From Mobula hypostoma (taxonomy: Eukaryota): a stretch of DNA of 64,000 nucleotides. Shown in pieces: positions 63,674 through 64,000 of the stretch; positions within the stretch are counted from its first letter, which is position 1; each line of letters starts with the position of its first letter. A program made the translations under genes and the position numbers. The stretch spans positions 220,970,001 to 221,034,000 of the forward strand of contig NC_086097.1 in the NCBI RefSeq assembly GCF_963921235.1, read 5' to 3'. Under the pieces are notes generated by a model that saw nothing but the letters and a program-made list of their open reading frames with translations, was not told the origin of the DNA and made no database searches.

Positions 63674-64000
63674 AAAAACATTTAGTTACAATGAAATAGA
63701 TGGATAAAATGGGAATCAATAGTGGTTGCTGATGGCCTTGTCATTCTTGTTCAGGTCATTCACTGGGAGGCACTGTTGGAATAGAAACTCAATGCACTTT
63801 GTAGACACTTTGTGCACTTTGAGGGTTATGGGTCGACAGGAGTTAAAATAGTTCAGCATGGTCTAGATGGGTTGAAGGGCCTATTTCTGTGCTGTAGCTT
63901 TCTGGCTCTATGACAATGACAGTTTGGACTAGAGTTGTAGTGCACCAGTTGAAGACGTATTGAATGTTTAGGTTGATGAAAAGAGTATCAATCAAATGGG

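Larger units (their letters stand above)
41750..64000 (+). repeat. Segmental duplication unit B (XKR9 locus), runs off the window
   Basis: Matches 1-23650 apart from copy-specific insertions and deletions. Confidence 0.92.

Noticed and set aside
1..64000. Prokaryotic or viral systems, CRISPR arrays, rRNA or tRNA genes
   Set aside because: No operon-like coding density, no regular repeat-spacer array and no recognisable structural RNA gene. The sequence is spliced, repeat-rich vertebrate DNA.
41750..64000. Copy B as a simple assembly duplicate of copy A
   Set aside because: Several percent nucleotide divergence and many kilobase-scale copy-specific TE insertions and deletions argue for true paralogy, although read data are needed to exclude divergent haplotypes fully.

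Overview
Vertebrate genomic DNA, most likely a cartilaginous fish (ray or shark). This is inferred from the dominant CR1, Rex/Babar, Penelope and V-SINE-like repeat families, not proven. The window holds two tandem, same-strand, apparently intact 3-coding-exon paralogs of the caspase-activated scramblase XKR9. Copy A is 1125-1429, 8045-8232, 19684-20420; copy B is 45027-45331, 54124-54311, 61582-62318. Each encodes 409 aa, and I counted 35 aa differences by eye. They lie in a segmental duplication (about 1-23650 matches about 41750-64000). Almost everything else is decayed transposable element. Highlights: (1) a candidate non-circularly permuted hammerhead-like ribozyme in the 3' UTR of a HERO-clade retrotransposon inserted just downstream of the copy A stop codon; (2) paralog amino-acid divergence concentrated in predicted extracellular loops, with an N-glycosylation sequon swap; (3) several minimal hammerheads in Penelope pLTRs, including fold-back pairs; (4) a nested DNA transposon with a 14-bp TIR and an apparent 6-bp TSD upstream of copy B. 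No prokaryotic system, CRISPR array, rRNA or tRNA gene is supported.
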